Origin: the human T2T-CHM13v2.0 reference genome, Homo sapiens
Reading direction: 5' to 3' (one strand)
NCBI RefSeq assembly: GCF_009914755.1
Contig: NC_060933.1
DNA: 64,000 bases
In this document: in pieces, positions 40,463 to 52,379 of the stretch
How positions within the stretch are numbered: position 1 is the stretch's first letter
How the letters are laid out: the number at the start of each line of letters is the position of its first letter
Notes under the pieces: model-generated
The model's input: only the letters and a program-made list of their open reading frames with translations
Databases searched by the model: none
What the model was told of the DNA's origin: nothing
Position numbers and translations under genes: made by a program

Positions 40463-43400
40463 GTGAGAACTCCCTTTCTATACATTGTTCTACTGTGTAG
40501 AAGAAAATGATGGAGTATATTTTGGCCAGAGTGTTTCACACTCACATATTAGCATCTTTTCTCATGTGGTTCATTTCATGTGTGCTTTGAATTACCTGCA
40601 TGTATTTCAGTTCTCAAGATTACCATTTGAGAGATAGTAATTTAAGGATAGGAAATAAAGAATACATATAGTATAGAACAAAACATGACAGCTTTTGATT
40701 GATGTTTCAGAATACATGATCCACATCTCTAACCAGCTTCCCAGACTTTCTATGTCTGTAAACAAGCCAGCCTGTCCACCGGCACTGAGTTCAATTGCAT
40801 GATCTCACAAGAAGAGACAGGCTTCCTTAGTTATCTATTTCTTTTTAGTTTTCCCTAAATTTACTTTTCAGTTTAGGCAAGACATTGAGCTCGGCCCATG
40901 CCAGCTAATCTGGGTACCACCAAAGAAAATGATGATGATATTCTTCCCTGCATGAGCCCAAGAGCCAAGGAAAAAGAAACCCTTCTTGACATGTAAAACA
41001 GAAATTATGATGTTAACAAAGGTCTTTTCAGGTAGGCTCAGTCTGTTTCTGCACACAGCCTATTCCCGTCTTCATGCTAACCTGTAAAGCTTGTTTATAA
41101 TATAAAATAAGGGAAAGTACAAGGCAACATGGGGTGAGAGACTGTGTTGCCCATTACAGAGCCCTACAGAGTGGCTCAGCAGTGAATGATCTGTTTGATA
41201 ACTAATTAGCTTCCCACCCATCCATGAACACATCTTTAGCCATCAGATAAAGTCCTCCTTCTCAGTGCTCTGTCCAGTCCTCTTTAGAAGAACCAGGCTT
41301 GGGGGAAGTTTTAGGACTGACATCCAGTTCTAGCCCTCTCCAGATTACAGAATAAAGTAACCTAGACATTCTGTAATTGTGGGAGTGTGTAGCATTCAGA
41401 TACAGCTAGCTGCACAGGGCAAAGGAGGCACACAGCAGAACACAGGGATAAAGGGCACGTTTGCCAGACTTTTGCCTGCCAATCTGAGAAAGTTACTCAT
41501 TCTGAGAGATCCATTGTTGACTGTACATTTTGGTTATCCCTTCCCTAGTTCTGTAATGAGGTTCATCTTTGTTTGCCACAGTGGTCCCATAATCAGGGAG
41601 GTCAAAGCCAGAATGGTGGCCAGGTCACAATGAATCAGGATAAACGTTTTGTTAAAGAGTATCTGTGCCCAGCTCACCTCCAGAATGCAGCCTGAATATA
41701 GTGGTAACCAAGTTTTTATCAAGAAAGCAAATGTTTGTCAATAAGGCAGGATTGATAGAGAAAACATGCAGATTATAGCCCAGAGTTTCTAGACCCTTTC
41801 ACCTCTTCATAATCTACATTAGTTCCCAGGATCTTCCTCTCTCCTTTCTTCCTCTTTGCAGCGCATGCTTATTGCCCTGCCATGAGGTTGCACAGGGTCA
41901 TGGCACATAGGTGAAACGGAAGCATGGTGACTGGGCTGTGATCCATTAGCAGGCATCACTGCTGGACTCTTACAGGACAAGAGACCCCGGAGAAATAAAC
42001 ACTGTCAAATGTGGCAGTTGTGTACCAAGGAAGGTGCAGACATAAAGAGTATGTTTTTGAGCATTTTAAAGTTATAAAACTAACTAAACGTGACTCTGTT
42101 CTTTATTACCACCAGACACCAGAAATTCTACTCTCCATGATAAGCCCAGGCTGCTCCTAAGGGCTACTGGTTAACCATGCATTGCATCTAAGGGTCAGGG
42201 GTCACGAATATAAATCCCTCTGCCCTCAAGAAGTTCTGAGTCTATACAGAGCTTACTATGATTATGTGCACTTAAAACTCTACAGTAGCTCAGATAATCT
42301 AGAGTTACCTATTTCATAGCAGAGGCATCTCCTTATACTATTTAAATGTTCACATTTAACCCTAGTCACCTCCAGTCATTTTAGAGGTGTTGAGGTGTTC
42401 TTTTTACGCCAGACGAGAGATACCCTAATGCTATTACTGGCCTGGAGACTTTAATAGAAACATATAGTCTTTGTGTATCTTTACTTCAACCAACCTTTCA
42501 TTTCAGGATTAGTTACACCTTTAGTAAGGGACTTTGAGTGTCCTGTTTATGGGTGGGGGGGTGTGTGTGTGTATGTGCATGTGTCTATATCATTGTTTCT
42601 GTGGTGTACAGTCCTATGATAGGTTTCTTCCTCTCTGATTAATAAGGGTTACATCAGTAAGCGAATAGAAATTCAGTTGGATCTGTAGAATTTTCTAGCC
42701 CAATTAAATGGTAGACTCATCCCCTAATATAGAACTTCCTGGCTCCAAACTGAATTTATATTTATTTATTGTCTCTTGTCATTTATTTATTATTACAATA
42801 CATATTAAGAGCATTTGAGGGTGTTGTTTTGATTTTTGGCACATTGAACCTATATACGCAGATTGCATTTATGTGTTAGCAAGGAAGATGGATTTTTCTC
42901 CTTCTGTATTTACACAGCTATTTCATAATAACAGGTTTCAATATTAATTGCAAAATCATCTATAAAATTTAGCAAACAGAAAAAGGGGTAGAGGAGAAAA
43001 AAAAATGATGGCCCAAATATGGCAGTTATTTGAAGTGAATCATAGTAGAGGTTCTAAGGAAATAAAATTACATAATAAGTGAAATATAAAGAGATGAATT
43101 ACACAGGAAGGATATCCCTAGTGGGCTTATGATGTCCTTCAGAAATGGCACAAAGGGAAATAATCAATTTTGAGACAGCACTCTTCAAAGCACTTAGAGG
43201 GTAAACTTTTGCATCCAAAATGATCTTAAATAAAATGAACTAAATTTTAAGGTGACTAATGATTAGGATGACCTATAGTGTCCTTGTATTATATGCTTCA
43301 TTTGTACACTTGAGAGATGCCATAAGGAAAATGCGTTCTCTTTTGCACTGCTACCTAAAGGCAATCAGATAGGTCATCAATTTCCAGCAGTCATTCACTT

Positions 43401-43639
43401 CTTATCACTCCCTAATGCGTGTTACTTAGAATTCTGGGCCTGAATAATACCCTGATTGTGAAAAGCCTGGTCATTAACAAATGAGTCCAAAGAAAAGCTG
43501 GCAGAGGGCAAACCATACATAAACCGATTGTACTGGTCCAATGTAAAAGTCAGAAAAAAATGCATGCATCACAGAATGTGTTCATTTTTAAATGTCAGGC
43601 TCCTAAACTCCTAGAAATGAATAGGAGATAATTTTGTAT

Positions 43640-43865
43640 ATGGTTTAAAAACACAGGATTTGGAATTGGAGTATGTTTTAATACCAATCTGTCCTCTTAT
43701 TGCCTTTGAGGAAGTTACCAACCTCTGTAGCTCTGTTTCCTCCTCTATATATTGGGACTGTTAGTACCCACCTTAGAGTTGTTTTGAACAGTGAATGAAA
43801 TAAAACTTACAAATCACTTAGACTGGTGCTTAGCATATAGAAAGCACTTAAAAACATCAAACATC
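43640..43865 (+). mobile_element. MIR
   Basis: aagttaccaacctctgtagctctgtttcctcctctat...gtgcttagcatatagaaagcactt. Confidence 0.65.
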
Positions 43866-44116
43866 GATTTGTTGGTGATGGTAGGTGCTCATAGATGAAG
43901 GAAGCTGACAAGCTGAAATCCGTCACTTTCTGAGCTAGCCCCTGACCTTGTCTGGATTCTATGCATTCAGCCAAGGTGAGAGGGGTTCTGAGGGGCATTC
44001 TACCTTCCTACCAGCATATGCCTATGTTTGTAATGGTTTTGTCTTAATCACTTCTGCTTACGGTTGATTCCTTTTGAGATCAGTTTTACTAACTTTAATG
44101 AAATGGAGGCACGTTT

Positions 44117-44118
<2 letters not shown>

Positions 44119-44150
<32 letters not shown>
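44119..44150. repeat. T32 homopolymer
   Basis: Read directly; no adjacent Alu body. Confidence 0.95.
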
Positions 44151-44156
<6 letters not shown>

Positions 44157-44271
44157 TGCATTGAACACAATTTTGTGAAGCTAAGAAATAAGTTAACAAA
44201 TAAGAACTAAACTAAAGCAAAATGTTCCTTGTAAGTGATCCAGACTCATAGAAGGTGAAACACTTGCCTCA

Positions 44272-44596
<325 letters not shown>

Positions 44597-44619
44597 AGAA
44601 AATGCTGTTTTGCACATAG

Positions 44620-44806
44620 ACCCATAGAACATTCTGCAATGATGGAAATGCTGTCCAGTAGGGTGGCCACTAGCCACATATGGCTCTTGAGCACTGGAAA
44701 TATGGTTAGTGTGATGGAGAAGCTGAATCTCAAAATTTTTGTTAATTTTAGTTCATTTAAGTTTAAATAATCAAATGTTTAATGGCTATCACATTGGACA
44801 GCACAG
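44620..44806. mobile_element. MER3-like hAT-Charlie MITE (between two inverted Alus)
   Basis: atagaacattctgcaatgatggaaatg...gccactagccacatatggct.ttgagcact...attggacagcacag. Confidence 0.8.
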
Positions 44807-44814
44807 GTCTATAG

Positions 44815-45227
<413 letters not shown>

Positions 45228-45603
45228 ATATAAGACTTTTTATACCTAGAAAAACAAAGCCTTCTATTAAGTCCTGGGATTCTCTTAAATATTTCTAATT
45301 TGAAATTCAGCCCTTGATCCAGCAATCTGAAGTGTGTTTGTTTCTCAGTCTTCCTATAAATGCTGATTAAATCAAGGCCTCTCTGGTAGTACATGCTCAG
45401 TCAATATGTGGTATGTGAATTATTAAATAATTCTGCAGATGACGAGAAATACGCATTTCTAGCTCTGCGTTTGATGTAGTGATTGATATCCATCTGCCTC
45501 CCACAGTTCTGTTGCTTTTTCTTGAGTGAGAAGGACTTAAAGATGTTACAGAGCTAAAGAGGGAAAATTTGGTCATGCTGTGATTTCATTATTATTTCTC
45601 AAG

Positions 45604-45747
45604 GTAAATTGAAAGAATGGTCTTTGGTCCTCTACGGCACCTCCGTGCAGCCATATTCACCAACCAATGAATTTCCGAAAGTGGAACGGTTCCGCTATAG
45701 CCGAGTTGAAGACCCCACAGACGACTATGGCACAGAGGATTATGCAG
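45604..45747 (+). CDS. PCSK5: PCSK5 coding exon (probable exon 14), end of P domain plus acidic linker: (G)KLKEWSLVLYGTSVQPYSPTNEFPKVERFRYSRVEDPTDDYGTEDYA
   Basis: atttctcaag| acceptor, G|gtgag donor, 144 nt, phase 1->1; WSLVLYGT motif ends the P domain. Confidence 0.96.
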
Positions 45748-45815
45748 GTGAGCTGGCTTCCAGTGGGACACAGGCTAAAAAGAGGCAGCTCATGCATCAT
45801 CCCACCACATGGGAG

Positions 45816-45950
45816 AACAGAATGGAATGGAATGGAATGAAATGGAATGGAATGGAATGGAATGGAATGGAATGGAATGGAATGGAATCGAATCGAATCG
45901 AATCGAATAGAATAGAATAGAACAGAACAGAATAGAATAGAACAGAACAA
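45816..45950 (+). repeat. Compound pentanucleotide array, 27 units: AACAG,(AATGG)3,AATGA,(AATGG)9,(AATCG)4,(AATAG)3,(AACAG)2,(AATAG)2,AACAG,AACAA; (GGAAT)n satellite II/III-like
   Basis: Read directly; strict 5-nt periodicity. Confidence 0.97.
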
Positions 45951-46049
45951 TCTACTACCCATATTCTGACATATTTTCTTCCCCTTAAATATTTGTGTGT
46001 GTATATCAGTGCACTCATATATTCAAATATCCATATGTGTTATCTGCAA

Positions 46050-47560
46050 AGCTAATAGTCCATATTGCGATTGTACCATAATATAGTTAATCTGTAATCT
46101 GGGACATATTGTTCGCTTACAGAATTTTACACTATTTTAAACACGGTTTGGATAAACATCATTATTTATCAATCTTTGTCTATATCTTCATTATTTCTTT
46201 AGAATAGAGTTCTGTTTTGAGACTTACTGCATCAAAGAGGATAATCAGCTTTAGGGCTTGGAAACATTTTGTCACTTGCTATCCAGACAAGATGTACCAG
46301 TCTTCACTGTGACCAGCTATGTGATTGTTTATTACACTCATTCCTGCCAACAGAAAAAAATAAAGAGAAAAAAAAGTAAAAAAAAGAAAGAGGTGAACGT
46401 TTTAAAAGTGTTATAGCTTTGATTGCCTGTAAATCTAAACATTTCTTCCTCTGTAGTTCTCTGAATTAAATACAACTGTCTTATCCATTTTTCTATTCGA
46501 AGTACAGTAATCCTCTTATCTCCTTGTGAACACTCTGTATGTTATTGTCTCTCACATTGTTTCGTCTTTGCTGAAAACATATTCTCACTTATCACTGTTA
46601 AGTTTTGTTTTGGTTTGTGTTGTTTTGACAAAAAAAAAAACTATTAGAGGCTGGGGTTTATGGTCTCAGATATAACACTGATATTTTGCAGAAGTTTTAT
46701 CCTTTAATGTCTACTGAATATTCACATGCTTTGCTTGGTAATCTCTTATTTTTTACATTTGGCCATTAATTCATCTGGAACTCATTTTGGTTTATGATAT
46801 ACAGTGTCAATTGAAGCTCTGTCTTTAGTTATTTTCCAAACAGACTAACATCATTGGCCAAGTAACTATCCCTTCTTTTTGTATTAGTTTAGGATGCTTC
46901 CTTTGTAACAATATAGTAAGTTCTTATACCAGCATCTTTTCTGGTTCCGCCTTTTCTGATTCATCAATCTAATAATTCTCAAACCAATACCACCCACACT
47001 GTTTTGTTTTCATTTCATGATGTTATTTTTATATTTGTAGAACATCTGCTTCCCATTTCCATAGCAATTATTGCCTTATTATTCTTCCAGATGAATTTTA
47101 GAATGATTTTTAAGTCTCCCTTTAAAAGTCTCATTGGAATTTAATTTGAATTTATATGCAGTCTTATGGGAAGAATTGTTTTTGCAACATACAATCTTTC
47201 CATTTAAAACATAGATCATGTCCCACTTTACTGCAATCTTTTAATTTTATGTAGTTTTCTTCTTGTTAGCGTTACACCTAAGTATTTTTGGGCCTTGGTG
47301 CTCTTATAGTGGAAAATATTCCATGCTTTCTAACTAGTGTATGCTGGTGTGTAGGAAATCTATTGGTTGTATTTATTTTATATGGCCACTTTGCTTAACT
47401 CTCTCATTAATTTATATAGTTTAGAGTTGATTTTCTGGGATGGTTTAGGTATTACAGCCTTATCGTCTACAAATTGGTTTTGTTGTCCTTCTTGTCATTA
47501 TTTCTGACTACTGTCTTGTTGCATTGGCTAGCACTCCTAGGAGCATTCAATCCTTCTAAG
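46050..47560 (-). mobile_element. Highly diverged L1M ORF2/3' fragment, antisense
   Basis: attcttccagatgaattttagaatg...gctggtgtgtaggaaatctattg...gcattggctagcac resemble antisense L1 ORF2; boundaries approximate. Confidence 0.6.
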
Positions 47561-47615
47561 ATATGACATGTAACGCATAATGGACAAAGCTTCTCCTAAT
47601 GAAGAACTGTTTATA

Positions 47616-47928
47616 GGCCAGGTGCGGTGGCCCACGCCTGTAATCCCAGCACTTTGGGAGGCCGAGGAGGGTGGATTGCCTGAGCTCAGGAGTTTGAGAC
47701 TAGCCTGGGCAACATGGTGAAACCCCATCTCTACTAAAAATACAAAAAGAAATTAGCCGGGTGTGGTGGCACGCACCTGTAATCCCAGCTACTGGAGAGG
47801 CTGAGGCACAAGAATCACTTGAACTCAGGAGGCGGAGGTTGTAGTGAGCCGGGATCGTGCCACTTCACTCCAGCCTGGGAACAGAGTGAGACTCAGTCTC
47901 AAAAAAAAAGAAAAGAAAAGAAAAAAAA
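47616..47928 (+). mobile_element. Alu (AluS, Sz6-like), sense
   Basis: Full dimer with A/AAAAG tail; degenerate TSD aagaact...ata. Confidence 0.95.
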
Positions 47929-50202
47929 GAACTATAAATACAAGTTTAATGTATCTTTAGATGAGAAATATTTTTTCTTGCAGTTCTGAGGTTTTCCTCT
48001 AAATACTAAAAATAAAAGTACTTCATTAACCACCTGAACAGAGTATCTTAAATACACATGTAGTTACTTTTATTCTAAACAGATAGCATCCTAGAATCAA
48101 TAAACATGCTTGAAATTAAGACCAATTGAGCTTATCAGAGCTGGATTGTATTAGATTTTGTGATGTTTTGCTTTGAGCCTATAGCATTGCTATTTATATT
48201 TTAACTAGCAAACTATTTTGTCTTCTCGGATAGGAGAAAGTAGATCCAAAAAACATAAATAGAGTATAATAGTAAGCTGTTACTCTTTATTCATATTTTG
48301 GTAATGTTTCCCATTCAAATTTTGGAATGTTGAGATTCAGAACAGTTATATATCTTTGTGGTTTTTCTGATTATATCTCTAAAACATCAATATTGGCACT
48401 TGTGAGAGAACCAAGACTATTATTGCATTATTATCCTGCAACCTACAATGCTAAACTTCATCTGGGACAGTTTAAGATGATAAAAGAAACAGCATAGTAT
48501 GTGAATTTGCCATACAGTGAGAGCCCTTTTGGCAAATATCAAGAATAAATGTTTGGGATTTTTTTTTTTTAATTCTAGAAGTCATCTGGTGAAAATTTAG
48601 GGCCACCCATGACTCCTTTCCTTTGGAGCTGCAATTTTCACCTTCATTTAGAAGTCAGCCAGATTAGAGACACAGATGGCGTTATCATAACCAGATTCCC
48701 GTACTGTGTCATTGGATCCAAGGGACTGTGAGATCACAGCTGGCTGAACTTCAGTCCATAGACAGCAGAGACACCACTCCCCTGGTGTACGATGGCAGAT
48801 GGCTAAAATGTCCCAAGTTGCAGTAGCTATGGAATTTGGAGATCGATTTGAAGCTTTGGGGAAAATAGAAATAAGCAGTGCTGTCAAATGACTCTTGCAG
48901 TTAATCAGAAGTATATTCGAGTCTGCAGCATTTTGAAATGACTTATTTCCATTCAGATGGAGAAGTCATCCCTAGTACGTGATTTGCTACATCTAAGCAG
49001 GAATTTTTACCTAAGTATCAGGGCCTATGTTGATCCCCTCTCCTCACCATGTGATACTGGGCAAGCCACTGAAATTCTTGGAAAATCAGTTTCTTCATCA
49101 GTAAAATGAGGGTATTTGACTACCAGATTTTTCTCTAAGTCATTCCACCCGAGTTCTAACATTTTTTTATGTTTCTGTGATTCAGTTAATTATGAAACAT
49201 AGTCCCATAATGACTCAAAGAAACCAAGGTGTAACAGTAAGTCCTTTGGGTTACAATAAGTAGATTTTCTACTACCCTTGACTTACTATTTGTACATTTC
49301 ATTCAATATATTTATTGCTAGTTAAAATCATATGAATTTTCAGTGGGAAAGAGTTTGCAGATTATGAGACCAAATGTTCCAGAATATGGAGAACAAAGAA
49401 GAGAATTAAAAACTTCTATAACTAGCCCATGTCATTAGAAAGTTTTTCATCAATCACAAAATAGCTCCATCTTTCTGGCATTTTTTTTTCTTACTGTTCA
49501 TTATCTTCAGTTCTATACCAAAGAATATGTAGTAAGAGAGATTGGGAACTTTCATCCCAGGTCTGGAATCCTTTAAGCTTGCTTGCGTTTTTTTTAAATT
49601 TATATGTCATTTTCTTTTGTTGAATTGCCCATTGGCCTTTGTGTAGGATGCAATTTTAAATCTATTATCTGTGTCTGAGACTGGATGCTGATAAGCTTGT
49701 GCCAGGTGCTGTAATGGTGTTTCTTCCTGGCCACAGTATTTCAGAGGTATTCAGTAGCTTTAATGAGACAGGTCATTTGGTCCAGGCGTTAAATAATAAT
49801 GCTTTTTTCTTTTTTGTCAACAACTTCTCTCTTTTCTACAAATCCAATCTTTTTACTATTACACATACTTAATTGCAGTTGGTTTTTTTCCAGTTGCTAC
49901 AGTTCATTTGAATTCTCAAATATTTATCTACCACAAGGCAGCCATATATGCTTTGAAGACCAGGCCATGACTAGAATTTACATTCTTTATACCTAGGTAA
50001 TTGAGGTTGCCTAGGAATCAAAAGTCAAAAAAAGTCAAGAGCTCATCTCTGGACCTAAAGCCACATTGACAATTATTCCTCTGTCTTAAAGAAACTCTCT
50101 GCATAAGAAAAAAAAAAGTCTTATTTTTATACCAAATTCAAGGTAAAGCTGACCTGCTCTAAAATCATTTTTCCAAGTATTGTTCTAATGTCTTTTGGAA
50201 AG

Positions 50203-50305
50203 GTCCCTGCGACCCTGAGTGCAGTGAGGTTGGCTGTGACGGGCCAGGACCAGACCACTGCAATGACTGTTTGCACTACTACTACAAGCTGAAAAACAAT
50301 ACCAG
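50203..50305 (+). CDS. PCSK5: PCSK5 coding exon (probable exon 15), first furin-like Cys-rich repeat: (G)PCDPECSEVGCDGPGPDHCNDCLHYYYKLKNNT(R)
   Basis: ttttggaaag| acceptor, AG|gtaag donor, 103 nt, phase 1->2. Confidence 0.95.
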
Positions 50306-50612
50306 GTAAGAGAGGTGCCAAGTCACATCCCCACAGCATGTGCCAGGCATCTTAGGAGTTCCTGCAAGGCTAATACCATGGGGTGTGTGCAGGCCACTGG
50401 CATCTTCCACTATTCTCCCACCAGGACCGAAACATAGAAAAGAGGCTGCTGTGCAGGCCGACTGCCTCCCTGTGTTATTCAGAATGGTGAAAACTATATT
50501 GAGTTACAAAACGCAAAATGTGCATGTATGCTGTGAAACTGCAAATGTCTTCTCTCACGTTTGGAGGACGGTGGAGGAACCAGCTAAGCACCTGCCCCTC
50601 CAGACCTTTCTT

Positions 50613-50677
50613 TTTTTTTTTTTTTAATTGACAAGTAAAAACTGCATGTATTTATAATGCATAACATGATGTTTATA

Positions 50678-50729
<52 letters not shown>

Positions 50730-50920
50730 TATACATACGTACACACATTTTGGAACAACTAAATCCAGCTATTTAACATATGCATTAGCTCACATACTTA
50801 TCTTTTTTTGTGGCCAGAACACTTAAACACTACTCTCGTCACAATTTTCAAGTACACAATAAATTGTTATTAACTCTAGTCATCATGAGGTACAATAGAT
50901 TTCTTGAACTTATTCCTCCC
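50613..50920 (-). mobile_element. L1MA-like 3' end, antisense, carrying an internal microsatellite
   Basis: ttttaattgacaagtaaaa...catatgcattagctcacatacttatc...tacaatagatttcttgaacttattcctcc. Confidence 0.8.
50674..50748. repeat. (TG)9(TA)11(CA)6 compound microsatellite within a 75-nt alternating purine/pyrimidine tract
   Basis: Read directly. Confidence 0.95.
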
Positions 50921-52008
50921 ATCTCACACAAGTTTCATGTCCTTTCCACCCCACTGATGTTTGATTTCATGGCTTCACAAAGATGCCAATGCACAGGCCA
51001 AACTGATGCTTTTCCACATTTTCCAGCACATAGGCCATCAGTGTGGCAAAGGGGTTGGTCCTGCTTGATCTCACTCTTCTGCCCTGGGCACTAAGGTGGA
51101 CCCTGTGCCTCTGAGCCCCTGGTGTCTGCTTGAGCTGTGCAGATATGTTTCCTGGGCAGAGCCAAGGAATGGTGACTGCCCCCATCAGAGTTCATCCTGA
51201 CCTCCCCTTGTCTCCCACAGCCCCACCCACCTTCTCCCTCCTCCTTCAGGCGAAAACTCACTAAGCATAGCTGCCACACGGTTCCTCCATACTCCAGTCC
51301 CCCAGACAGACCCAGACGTGTTAAGAATTCCTGCTGTAAGTCTGCTGGAATTTAAATTCCTTAAGAGAAAGGAGGACTTTGGCTATCTCCCAGCCTCTGT
51401 TATCTCCTGCACTTAGCAACATGCCTGATATTTAATTGGTGCTCAGTAAATATTTGTTGAATGGATAAATAAAGCTCTGTGCTTCCATTATGGGCAAACA
51501 AGGAAGTTTTTTTTTTTTTTAAGTGTTCTCATATACAACATAAATTTAAATATATTTACATTAATTTAGACAACAGCATACAACCACCACCACCACTCAC
51601 ACATGCACATACAGGATCCATATGACAAACAACACACGAAAATAGAAGTCACACCTTTTTAAAGGGACCTTTTTGAATAGAGTTGTGGTTCCCACATAGT
51701 TTTCCTCTGATTCACCACCATAACCTTCCTCTCTGTAACCATCATCATTTTTCAAGAGCTAGGTGCAAACCAGGAAATGGTTTGACAAGTCCTTGGTAGA
51801 TTTGGTGTTGGGTAACTGCATTGCTACTTCAGCACACTGTGCAGGAGGAAGTTTAACAAACAATCTGGCTCTCTGGATGTGGTGTTGGCATCCTGGTTTA
51901 AAAGTGATTTGGAAGCTGAGCTCAGCCATTTGCTCAGCACCTCCAAGAGAATGCTGGGGACTGGTTTGCTCATGACGCTGCCTTCTTTCTTATTGTTTCA
52001 CAATGCAG

Positions 52009-52202
52009 GATCTGTGTCTCCAGCTGCCCCCCTGGCCACTACCACGCCGACAAGAAGCGCTGCAGGAAGTGTGCCCCCAACTGTGAGTCCTGCTTTGGGA
52101 GCCATGGTGACCAATGCATGTCCTGCAAATATGGATACTTTCTGAATGAAGAAACCAACAGCTGTGTTACTCACTGCCCTGATGGGTCATATCAGGATAC
52201 CA
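52009..52202 (+). CDS. PCSK5: PCSK5 coding exon (probable exon 16), furin-like repeats: ICVSSCPPGHYHADKKRCRKCAPNCESCFGSHGDQCMSCKYGYFLNEETNSCVTHCPDGSYQDT
   Basis: caatgcag| acceptor, A|gtaag donor, 194 nt, phase 2->1; CxxCxxxCxxC spacing. Confidence 0.96.
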
Positions 52203-52379
52203 GTAAGCTCACTTCAAATACTTGGGTTTTAGAGAAGAAATGTGGTGTTTTCATTTGAGTGACCTCAGGAGGGATAGCCTCTTTGTGAAATCTGGAATTG
52301 TGCTTCATATCAAACAGGATCTAGTTCATTCATTTTAAGAGAACCCTTTAGAAGCTTCATGTAAAAATGCTTATAACTT

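Noticed and set aside
45657-46018. Minus-strand ORFs with (FHSIP)n / (FYSIL)n
   Set aside because: Antisense translation of the pentamer array; no promoter or exon evidence on the minus strand.
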